DNA of 47,571 bases from Paludibacter sp. Its GTDB lineage: Bacteria > Bacteroidota > Bacteroidia > Bacteroidales > Paludibacteraceae. The notes beneath the pieces were generated by a model. The model saw only the letters and a program-made list of their open reading frames with translations, was not told the DNA's origin and did not search any database. The position numbers and the translations under genes were made by a program. Below are positions 39,588 through 47,571 of the stretch, in pieces; positions within the stretch are counted from its first letter, which is position 1, and the number at the start of each line of letters is the position of its first letter. Where the stretch lies: the NCBI GenBank assembly GCA_030653695.1, contig JAURYY010000080.1, forward strand, positions 1-47,571. Reading direction: 5' to 3'.

Positions 39588-40745
39588 ATGTCTGAAAATA
39601 AAAAACAAATAGCAATTCTGGGTTCTACCGGTTCTATCGGAACGCAGGCATTAGCAGTTATAGCCAACAATAATTCGTTGTTTGAAGTGTACGCATTGAC
39701 AGCTAATAATCAAGTGGATATGCTGATTGAACAAGCGCGTAAGTTTCAGCCCGAAATGGTTGCCATAGCCAATGAATCGCATTATCTCAAACTTAAAGAA
39801 GCATTGTCCGATTTACCAATTAAAGTTTTTGCCGGAAGCGATTCAATAGCCCAAATTGCTGAAATGCAACCCATTGACATTATCCTTGCTGCCATGGTAG
39901 GTTATTCGGGATTAAAGCCAACCATCAATGCTATTAAAGCCGGAAAGAAAATTGCATTAGCCAACAAAGAAACATTGGTTGTTGCCGGTGAATTGATTTG
40001 TGATTTGGTGCTGAAACACAATTCGGTAATTATACCCGTTGATTCCGAACATTCAGCTATTTTTCAATGTTTGACCGGCGAAGGAAATAATCCTGTTGAA
40101 AAGCTGATTCTTACCGCTTCGGGAGGTCCGTTTCGAACAAAATCGATGCACGAACTGGAACATGTAACCAGTGCTCAGGCACTAAGGCATCCTAATTGGG
40201 ATATGGGCGCAAAAATTACTGTCGATTCGGCGAGTATGATGAATAAAGGTTTCGAAATCATTGAAGCCAAATGGCTTTTTGGCGTTTCGCCCGAACAAAT
40301 TGATGTGGTAGTTCATCCCCAATCTATTATTCATTCGATGGTTCAGTTTACCGATGGATCGATAAAAGCCCAACTCGGACTGCCGGATATGAAATTACCA
40401 ATTCAATATGCTTTTACTTATCCCGACCGAATTAAAACTAATTTTCCCCGTCTCGATTTTAATATTTGCGCTCAGTTCACTTTCGAACAACCCGATATGG
40501 AACGATTCCGAAATCTGGCTTTTGCTTATTATGCCATGGAAAAGGGAGGGAACATGCCTTGTATTCTGAATGCAGCGAATGAAATTGTGGTTGCGGAATT
40601 TCTGAAAGATAAAATAGGGTTTCTTCAAATGAGCGATATCATCGAAAAAGTATTAGCCAAAGCAGAATATATTGCCCATCCTGCTTATGAAGATTATGTA
40701 AAAACAGACACACTCGTTCGCAAACTTACAAAGGAGTTTATTTAA
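39588..40745 (+). CDS. dxr: 1-deoxy-D-xylulose-5-phosphate reductoisomerase
   Basis: Motifs LGSTGSIG, LANKE, PVDSEH, LTASGGPF, HPNW.MG.KIT.DS and NAANE. Confidence 0.98.
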   Translation: MSENKKQIAILGSTGSIGTQALAVIANNNSLFEVYALTANNQVDMLIEQARKFQPEMVAIANESHYLKLKEALSDLPIKVFAGSDSIAQIAEMQPIDIILAAMVGYSGLKPTINAIKAGKKIALANKETLVVAGELICDLVLKHNSVIIPVDSEHSAIFQCLTGEGNNPVEKLILTASGGPFRTKSMHELEHVTSAQALRHPNWDMGAKITVDSASMMNKGFEIIEAKWLFGVSPEQIDVVVHPQSIIHSMVQFTDGSIKAQLGLPDMKLPIQYAFTYPDRIKTNFPRLDFNICAQFTFEQPDMERFRNLAFAYYAMEKGGNMPCILNAANEIVVAEFLKDKIGFLQMSDIIEKVLAKAEYIAHPAYEDYVKTDTLVRKLTKEFI

Positions 40746-41019
40746 CTCAGAAAGAATATTTTTTTTCAGATAAAAGGGAATATATGACTAATTGACAGTG
40801 TCAGCATACAACAATCAAAAAATAACTATATTAATTACGCTTTTAGCAACAGTTGCAATACAAATGATAGTGCTAAACATAAACGCACGATATTTGTAGT
40901 ATTCGTATCTCCCCCAAAAGCATTTCTTTAGTTGATATGCTATGTCGGGATTTAGGTTTTGAAACGACATTATTCACAATTACTCTGAAAAAGATATAAT
41001 TCAGAGCAAATAAAAATTT

Positions 41020-42507
41020 ATGGAAACTTTTTTAATCAGAGCATTACAGTTAATTCTCAGTTTATCGATTTTGGTGTTTTTACACGAATTCGGTCATTTT
41101 TTCTTTTCAAGGCTTTTCAAAGTACGTGTTGATAAGTTTTATATGTTTTTCAATCCGAATTTTTCGCTGATACGGGCAAAAAAAATCAACGGGAAATGGC
41201 AGATTAGATATTTTGCAAAGAACGTGCCGGCAAATGAACGCCCCAAACACGATGCCAACGGAGATATTTTGCACGACTCGAAAGGCAAAACAGTGTATGA
41301 ACCCATCCCCTTAAATGAATTATCGGATGACGATTGGCGCAAATATCCCGAAACTACAGAGTGGGGTATCGGTTGGTTACCATTGGGCGGATATTGCAAA
41401 ATTGCCGGAATGATTGATGAATCGATGGATAAAACACTTATGGCTCAGGTACCTCAAACCTGGGAATATCGATCACGACCTGTATGGCAACGACTCCCGA
41501 TTATTATCGGTGGTGTGTTGGTCAATTTCATTTTGGCACTGGTCATTTATTCGGCAGTTCTCTTTACTTGGGGAAAGGAATATCTACCTTTTGAAAATGC
41601 CAAATATGGACTTAATTTCTCTCAAACATTTTTAGAAAATGGATTTAAAAACGGGGATAATATTATTGCAATTGATGGACAAACTGTTGAACAACGCTCA
41701 GATGTTATTGAAAGCATTTTAATTGACGGGAAACAAAATGTTACCCTGTGGCGCGATGGACAGAAAGTGGAAATACAACTTCCGTCGGATATTGCTCAGA
41801 AAGTATTAGCGAGTGAAGAATTAAATTTAGTTTCAGTACGTTACCCTTTCGTTATCGAAGAGGTCTCAGCCGGAAGTCCGGCTGCGGATGCTAAACTTCA
41901 GCAAGGTGACAGCATTGTTGGCATTAATGGGAAACATTTGTTCATATTTCAGGATATAGCTGCGGAGTTAGATGCCTCGAAAAACGCTAAAATCGAAATT
42001 TCGTATTTTCGTAACGGTCAGTTAATGCAATCTGAATTGCAGGTAACTGAAAACGGGAAACTTGGTGTGGGATTAAAATCACCATACCAGTTTTTTCAGA
42101 CTAAAAAAATCGAATATGGATTTTTTGAATCAATTCCTGCGGGCATAAGTCTCGGATGGGAAACACTTTCGAGTTATGTGAAACAATTTAAACTTGTGTT
42201 TTCAAAAGAAGGCGCTAAACAGCTGGGTGGTTTTGGGGCTATTGGAAAAATGTTTCCAAAATTTTGGGATTGGCAAATTTTTTGGTCCATGACGGCATTA
42301 CTTTCTATTATTCTTGCATTTATGAACTTTTTACCCATACCGGCTTTGGATGGCGGTTATGTGTTATTCCTGCTTTACGAAATGTTTACCGGACGAAAAC
42401 CTACCGATAAGTTTTTAGAGTATGCTCAAACAACCGGAATGCTACTTTTAATGGCACTTCTGATTTTTGCCAACGGCAATGATATTTTTAGGGCAATTTT
42501 TAAATAG
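41020..42507 (+). CDS. rseP: RIP metalloprotease RseP (M50) with PDZ domains
   Basis: Motifs HEFGH, PLGGY and NFLPIPALDGG. Confidence 0.96.
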   Translation: METFLIRALQLILSLSILVFLHEFGHFFFSRLFKVRVDKFYMFFNPNFSLIRAKKINGKWQIRYFAKNVPANERPKHDANGDILHDSKGKTVYEPIPLNELSDDDWRKYPETTEWGIGWLPLGGYCKIAGMIDESMDKTLMAQVPQTWEYRSRPVWQRLPIIIGGVLVNFILALVIYSAVLFTWGKEYLPFENAKYGLNFSQTFLENGFKNGDNIIAIDGQTVEQRSDVIESILIDGKQNVTLWRDGQKVEIQLPSDIAQKVLASEELNLVSVRYPFVIEEVSAGSPAADAKLQQGDSIVGINGKHLFIFQDIAAELDASKNAKIEISYFRNGQLMQSELQVTENGKLGVGLKSPYQFFQTKKIEYGFFESIPAGISLGWETLSSYVKQFKLVFSKEGAKQLGGFGAIGKMFPKFWDWQIFWSMTALLSIILAFMNFLPIPALDGGYVLFLLYEMFTGRKPTDKFLEYAQTTGMLLLMALLIFANGNDIFRAIFK

Positions 42508-42605
42508 TTGATTGGTTGATTGGTTAATTGGTTAATTCGTTAATTCGTTGATTGGTTAAATCGTTGATTGGTTTCCCGATAGCTATCGGGAGGTTAATTG
42601 GTTAA
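42508..42605. repeat. Tandem octamer array (TTRATTSG) interrupted by a perfect TCCCGATAGCTATCGGGA (42574-42591)
   Basis: Eight units at 42508-42571, then TT-[18-mer]-GG, then TTAATTGG TTAA. Confidence 0.95.
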
Positions 42606-42661
42606 CAGAAATCAAATGAAAAACTTAACTGATTTACCCATTAAAAAAAGCAATTATTAAT

Positions 42662-43021
42662 ATGAAACCTACAATTCTTTGTTACACTAAATGCGGAACT
42701 TGCCAGAAAGCCGAAAAATGGTTAAAAGCGAACAAAATTGTATATACTTATCGTCCAATAAAAGAAGAAAATCCAACGAAAGAAGAACTGACAGTTTGGA
42801 TTAAGAAGAGTGGTTTGCTTGTTAGTAAGTTTTTCAATACCAGTGGATTGCTTTATAAAGAAAAAAATATGAAGGATAAAGTGAAAACTTTGTCCGAAAA
42901 TGAATTGATTAATATTTTGGCATCAAACGGATTGATGGTAAAACGTCCGATATTGTGGTTTGGCGACAAAGTGCTGGTGGGTTTTAAAGAAGAAGAGTGG
43001 GAAGACTTATTTTCAAAATAA
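42662..43021 (+). CDS. ArsC/Spx/YffB-family thioredoxin-fold protein
   Basis: Motifs CGTCQKA..WL, FFNTSG..Y, VKRPIL and VGFKEEEW. Confidence 0.9.
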   Translation: MKPTILCYTKCGTCQKAEKWLKANKIVYTYRPIKEENPTKEELTVWIKKSGLLVSKFFNTSGLLYKEKNMKDKVKTLSENELINILASNGLMVKRPILWFGDKVLVGFKEEEWEDLFSK

Positions 43022-43052
43022 AGTTCGTAACAATACTTTTCAAAATAAAATA

Positions 43053-43083
43053 TGAGGCTGCCTGAATAAATCTGACAGCCTCA
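43053..43083. terminator. Hairpin between convergent genes
   Basis: TGAGGCTG...CAGCCTCA. Confidence 0.6.
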
Positions 43084-43107
43084 GTTGTTTATTTTGGACA
43101 TAAAAAA

Positions 43108-43752
43108 TCAAAATATAAGTTCTCCGAAATACTCGGGACAATGAAAATCAGGATTTTTTGTGTTAATAGCATTCCACGAAAGATAATGAGGTTTTGAACT
43201 TCCGTCGGCACATTTGTAGAAGTTGGCTGCGAGTTTATCTGGAAAGTTATTTATGTCAATACCCAAAACAGTAAACGGAATTTTAACCGTGAGTTGCCAC
43301 TCTGATTTCCCTTCTTTTTCAGTAAAAGTTTTGCGTCCTAACGAAGCATAGCGGTCGATTTTATTCATTTCTTCTGCTGTGAAAGGTGTAATATTTTCAT
43401 TGCGACTTATGCGTGAAGTTGCTAAGCAGGTACCTATGCAGTTGAATTCGAAATTCATGTACGCCTTTCTTTCGGCTAATTTGCAGAAGAATTCAACACA
43501 ACTGTCCTGCCACACCGGGTCGTGATCGTTTGCAAATTGAGCCCGAATATTTTCTTCTGTAACTTCAAAATAAATGAAAATTGCGTCATTCGAACGGGCT
43601 ATTTGAAAACCGCAGTCAGGTTTAACACCATACTGCTCAAGCCAGTTCACGGCATCAACTTTTTCGGGGTTTAAAATATTTAATATTCCGACAGCCATTT
43701 CTGCCGTTGCATTATCAAGAGCAGATAAATAATTGATTTTTAATGATTTCAT
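43108..43752 (-). CDS. Carbohydrate-binding family 9-like (DOMON-like) protein
   Basis: Motifs VWQDSCVEFF, Y.NFEFNC.G, ANFYKC.D and PDFH.PE.FG. Confidence 0.85.
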   Translation of the reverse strand: MKSLKINYLSALDNATAEMAVGILNILNPEKVDAVNWLEQYGVKPDCGFQIARSNDAIFIYFEVTEENIRAQFANDHDPVWQDSCVEFFCKLAERKAYMNFEFNCIGTCLATSRISRNENITPFTAEEMNKIDRYASLGRKTFTEKEGKSEWQLTVKIPFTVLGIDINNFPDKLAANFYKCADGSSKPHYLSWNAINTKNPDFHCPEYFGELIF

Positions 43753-43868
43753 TTTTTAGACTAAAGACAAAAACAAGAATGTGCTAATGTGTCCGTTCGA
43801 TAATGAGATAATTGACAATTATAATTGAACGCAAAACATAACACTTGAAATGTTAAACCCCAAACAAA

Positions 43869-45857
43869 TTAATTCCCCGGTTTATACTCCACAAATGCTT
43901 CGATAGCTTCGTAAGATGCCAACCCAAGTTTATTATACAGGTCGGCGGTGGCTTTATTTCGTTCTTCGGCACGCTGCCAGAACAGTCGTTCGTCGCCACC
44001 CATAAACGGAGCACTTTCCATTTGTGATTGATGTTTCAGAATTGAATTGCGTTTGCTGCGCAGTTGTTCGGGACTCATTGGTACAGCCATTTCAATGTGG
44101 TCTATTTCCCATTCAGCCCATGCACCTCTGTACATCCAGATTCGGCAATCCTTCATCCATTGTTCGTTTTTTAGTTCAGCAATAGCGGCTAAGGCAGCAT
44201 TCAGACAAACTTTATGTGTTCCGTGCGGGTCGGCAAGGTCGCCCGCAACAAATATCTGATGCGGTTCAATTTTAGTAAGCAATTCGATGGTTTTATGTAC
44301 ATCAATTTCAGTAAGTTTACCTTTTTGCACTTTACCGGTTTCGTAAAATGGTAAATCGAGAAAATGAATATTTTCAGGTTTTGCACCTACAAACCGGCAA
44401 GCTCCCCGTGCCTCTTCCCTGCGTATTTGCCCTTTAATATAAAGTATTTCACTTGAATCAGTATCGCCTGTACTTTTCTTGTTTTTTAAAAAATCCAGAG
44501 ATGAATCGAATATTGAAATTAAATTTTTGGAATCAGAGTCGTAGTTATTAATTAAATTTTTAACCACTGATATCGACCGAATTACTTCATCGTCACCAAC
44601 AGCAATATTGCCAGATGTCTGATAAACTACATGTACTTCATGTTTCTGATCAACCAAACGCTGGAATGTTCCACCCATCGATATTACATCATCATCAGGG
44701 TGGGGGCTGAAAATCACCACACGTTTCGGAAATGGTTTGGCTCTTTCGGGACGATGCGTATCATCTGCATCGGGTTTGCCCCCCGGCCAACCGGTAATGG
44801 TGTGCTGAAGGTCGTTAAAAATACGGATATTTACATCGTAAGCCGAACCGTAGAGCGAAAGAAGTTCATCAAGTCCATGTTGATTGTAGTCTTTATTGGT
44901 TAGTTTCAGAATAGGTTTATTGGTTTGCGTACATAACCACACAATGGCACGGCGAATCATTTTATCAGTCCAGTCGCACGGACCAACTAACCAAGGGTAA
45001 CTTAGACGGGTAAGCATTTGAGCAGCATCAAGGTCGAGTACTGCTTTGGCATTTTTGTGTATTTGTAATATTGATGCAGGAACGTTGTCGTCCACTTTTC
45101 CTTCAATTACTTCTTTTAAAATAGTAGCTTTGTATTCGCCCCAAGCCGACAGAATTACTTTCTTTGCATTAATAATCGTTGAAAGACCAATAGTGATGGC
45201 ACTTGCAGGAACTTCAGACATTGAATTGTAAAATTGCTTCAAATCACGCCTTGAAACATGGTCGAGCAACATTAAACGGGTAATTGAACTGACTTGAGAG
45301 CCGGGTTCATTGTATGCAATATTGCCTATCAAACCTATACTTACCAACACTAAATCGAGATTTCCGAAATTTTCAATTTGCTGTTCATATTTCCGGCAGA
45401 ATTCATAAATATTCGATCGGTCAATATTAAAATCGGGGGTGTAAAAATTTGCCGGATTGAAATCTACTTTGTTCAGCAAATGCTCCCGAAGTAGTCTTGA
45501 GTTTGAATGCTGTAGGGGGTTCGAAAGCGGGAAAAATTCGGTAACATTAAATACGATTACATTTGAAAAACTCAAGCCTTCTTTTTTGTGTAATCTTACA
45601 AGTTCAGCATAAACATCGAGGGGTGAAGAGCCGCCCGAAAGCCCGAGTACACAATTTTCGCCGGCATTTTTTTTGCTTATAATCAGTTCTGCTATTTCGC
45701 AGGCTATAACCCGAGCACCTTCTTTTTCATTATTATAAATCTCGGTACGGAGTTTTTCGTAACGTGTTTGACGCAGGTTCTCGAACGCATCCGAAGGTCG
45801 GTAATAACGTTCAGGAATACGCTCGAAAGTTATTTTTGAACTTAAATTGAAATTCAT
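43869..45857 (-). CDS. Glucosamine-6-phosphate deaminase-like domain fused to a PIG-L/LmbE deacetylase domain
   Basis: NagB-fold N-terminus (LSFSNV..FN, NEPGS, P.SILQ.H) and C-terminal FSPHPDDD and DPHGTH. Confidence 0.88.
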   Translation of the reverse strand: MNFNLSSKITFERIPERYYRPSDAFENLRQTRYEKLRTEIYNNEKEGARVIACEIAELIISKKNAGENCVLGLSGGSSPLDVYAELVRLHKKEGLSFSNVIVFNVTEFFPLSNPLQHSNSRLLREHLLNKVDFNPANFYTPDFNIDRSNIYEFCRKYEQQIENFGNLDLVLVSIGLIGNIAYNEPGSQVSSITRLMLLDHVSRRDLKQFYNSMSEVPASAITIGLSTIINAKKVILSAWGEYKATILKEVIEGKVDDNVPASILQIHKNAKAVLDLDAAQMLTRLSYPWLVGPCDWTDKMIRRAIVWLCTQTNKPILKLTNKDYNQHGLDELLSLYGSAYDVNIRIFNDLQHTITGWPGGKPDADDTHRPERAKPFPKRVVIFSPHPDDDVISMGGTFQRLVDQKHEVHVVYQTSGNIAVGDDEVIRSISVVKNLINNYDSDSKNLISIFDSSLDFLKNKKSTGDTDSSEILYIKGQIRREEARGACRFVGAKPENIHFLDLPFYETGKVQKGKLTEIDVHKTIELLTKIEPHQIFVAGDLADPHGTHKVCLNAALAAIAELKNEQWMKDCRIWMYRGAWAEWEIDHIEMAVPMSPEQLRSKRNSILKHQSQMESAPFMGGDERLFWQRAEERNKATADLYNKLGLASYEAIEAFVEYKPGN

Positions 45858-45911
45858 TATTTATTTTTTAAATAAGGTTAATTTATTTTCAGGGCAAGTT
45901 GTATAATGAAA

Positions 45912-46003
45912 GATATTAGAACCAAAAACAATCCCGATAGCGTTCGACTGATCTCACTCCGATAGCTATCGGCGAAGTCCATCGGGACAAGAGCCAAGAA
46001 CAA
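45912..46003. repeat. Composite nested palindromic repeat, inverted homologue of 9913-10024
   Basis: TCCCGATAGC-GTTCGACTGATCTCACT-CCGATAGCTATCGG-CGAAGTC-CATCGGGA (45932-45987) with CAAGAGC-type heptamer flanks. Confidence 0.9.
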
Positions 46004-46086
46004 TCCCGATTCCCGTCCCGATTTATCGCGAAAACCCAAACCCGAAACCCGAAACCCGAAACCCAGCATATTCTGATTTATCGGGA
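46004..46086. repeat. Cluster of TT-core palindrome variants and an AAACCCG heptamer array
   Basis: TCCCGAT-TCCCG-TCCCGATTTATCGCGA (46004-46031), (AAACCCG)3 at 46038-46058, and TTCTGATTTATCGGGA (46071-46086). Confidence 0.85.
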
Positions 46087-46580
46087 AAACGCGAAACAAT
46101 GATTGTATTAAATCATTTGATGTTGAATTTCATGCAAAAATAAAGAATTATTTTCAAATTATTCAATCTGAAAGGTACAATTTTTTTTGTAGGAATAATT
46201 CAAGAATAAGAATTGGACGCTTTATTAACCCATTAGCACAACTTGCTGATTAATAATTCCTTTTATTTCACCCACATTGTAAACAATTAAAACAGTAGGA
46301 TCGAAGGTGAAATTGAGTAATGAGCAAAAGTTAAACACAAGATGGAGTATAAAGTTCGTCAGGATTTGCTTGTTTGGAAAGTAGATAATCCTAATGGTGT
46401 GATGAACGCTATCGGCGAAGTATAGTCAATCAATTACCGATAAGTAAGATGTTGTAAAAAGAAATCTCTGAAAAAAGCCGGTATCAACTAACTTAGAAAA
46501 ATTAATTTTCAGCCGTTTGTGCCCGACTCTGTTCAGGAATTCTTTTTTATTTCAAGAAAATATAAACTGCGAATAGGAAA

Positions 46581-47027
46581 CTAAACTTTTTTAACTGAAA
46601 CGGCATTTAGTCCTTTGCGCCCTTGTTCAAGTTCAAAAGTAACCATGTCGCCCTCTTTCACGTCCTGCAATAATCCTTTGAAGTGAACAAAATATTTTTC
46701 CTGCGTTCCGGTTTCTTTGATAAAACCAAAACCCTTCGAGTCATCGTAGAAGTCAACGCGTCCGTTTCTGATGGACGGAAGTACTTCATCTTCTCTTCTC
46801 GAAACGCCGATTTCAATAGTTGAAGCATCAACAATTCTTTTTTTGGAGGGATCGGGAGGGGTGTTGCTAATATTGCCGTTTTCGTCAACATAAGCTATCA
46901 TGTTGTCGAAGCCGCCATTTGAAGGGTTCAGTTTCCTGTCCTCCATTTTTTTCTGTTTATCTTTTCGTTTTTTTAAAAGTTTTTTTTCTTTTTCCTGCTT
47001 AATAAATGAGTTTTGGGATTTAGCCAT
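46581..47027 (-). CDS. Cold-shock domain protein with a basic N-terminal extension
   Basis: RNP motifs KGFGFI and YFVH, plus GD.V.FE...G.KG.NA, and the Bacteroidota-type N-terminus with MIAYVDENG. Confidence 0.9.
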   Translation of the reverse strand: MAKSQNSFIKQEKEKKLLKKRKDKQKKMEDRKLNPSNGGFDNMIAYVDENGNISNTPPDPSKKRIVDASTIEIGVSRREDEVLPSIRNGRVDFYDDSKGFGFIKETGTQEKYFVHFKGLLQDVKEGDMVTFELEQGRKGLNAVSVKKV

Positions 47028-47321
47028 TGAACTGAAAGTTTTTTTTAATGATGTAAAAATATTTTGAAGTAATTACTTGTGAAATTAGAACATTTTTTCT
47101 CTGAAAGTTATTGATTGGTACATTTCAACCCAAATAAATGGAGTCGTTTTAACTTTATAGCGATGGTAATGTCATAATTACGCTGTAAAGATACAATAAA
47201 AAATGATATATTTTTATTGCACATTCGTAGTCATTTAAAAAACGGATTATAGGCTGTTTTATTTAACATTTAATGTCTATCGGCTTTTGCAGCCAATGAA
47301 ATAAATTTAACTCAAATATTT

Positions 47322-47571
47322 TAGTACATGACAAAAATTATATAGCGATATAATTATTTGATATTCAATAAAATAGTTGTCTTTTTATTTGGTAAAGACC
47401 TTGAAATTTCGTATCTTTATAGCTAATTATCAATCAGTTATAATGAAAACGAAAGATTCCAAGGTCTCGCACAAAAGTAGTGATTTAACCTCAGTTTTGG
47501 TTGAGCACTTCGGTAAAAGTTTAAACTTAGCCCGTATAAGGTTCATTAGTTTGTTTATCTGTGCTCTTTGT
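47322..47571 (+). mobile_element. Left end of an IS (probably IS4 family) with the transposase N-terminus from 47443, cut by the window edge
   Basis: Manual translation from ATG 47443 gives MKTKDSKVSHKSSDLTSVLVEHFGKSLNLARIRFISLFICALC, recalled as a Bacteroidota IS4-type N-terminus (not searched). Candidate terminal repeat TAGTACATGACAAAAA from 47322. Confidence 0.65.

Noticed and set aside
42508-42605. Tandem arrays and recurring palindromes as a possible CRISPR array
   Set aside because: There is no regular repeat-spacer periodicity, the units are 7-18 bp and dispersed, and there are no cas genes.
45878-46099. 73-aa minus-strand ORF (GFGFRVSGLGFR...ADSYR)
   Set aside because: It is composed of heptamer arrays and palindromes.

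Overview
A 47.6-kb, AT-rich chromosomal window from a Bacteroidota organism. The gene set and order, the TAnnTTTG promoters and the T9SS C-terminal domains suggest a Bacteroidales, Paludibacter-like genome; this assignment is inference. Partial IS transposases bound both ends. Most of the window is housekeeping: hisS, waaA, rpsO, purA, fur-like, tRNA-His, lysC-lysA, yceD-rpmF-fabH, era, xseA, folB, a POT transporter, sbtA, a V/A-type ATPase operon, M23-dxr-rseP, a NagB-like gene and a cold-shock protein. The unusual content is at the gene junctions. (1) An 18-bp palindrome, TCCCGAT-AGCT-ATCGGGA, and its variants recur at about 15 intergenic sites, usually inside degenerate 7-8-nt tandem arrays. 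It forms concentric arm arrays at 20068-20139 and nests with a second hairpin repeat in a composite found twice (about 9.9 kb and 45.9 kb). At 42574 it replaces 4 nt of its host array with no target duplication. This looks like a very small non-autonomous mobile element system, and no mobilising enzyme is identifiable in the window. (2) The V-ATPase operon is interrupted by co-oriented guest genes: two ORF6N-type genes, each with one nonsense codon, and an AbiEii-type toxin/partner pair. Possible decayed guests (HEPN-like and four-helix-bundle-like) lie at other junctions. No CRISPR array or rRNA was seen.
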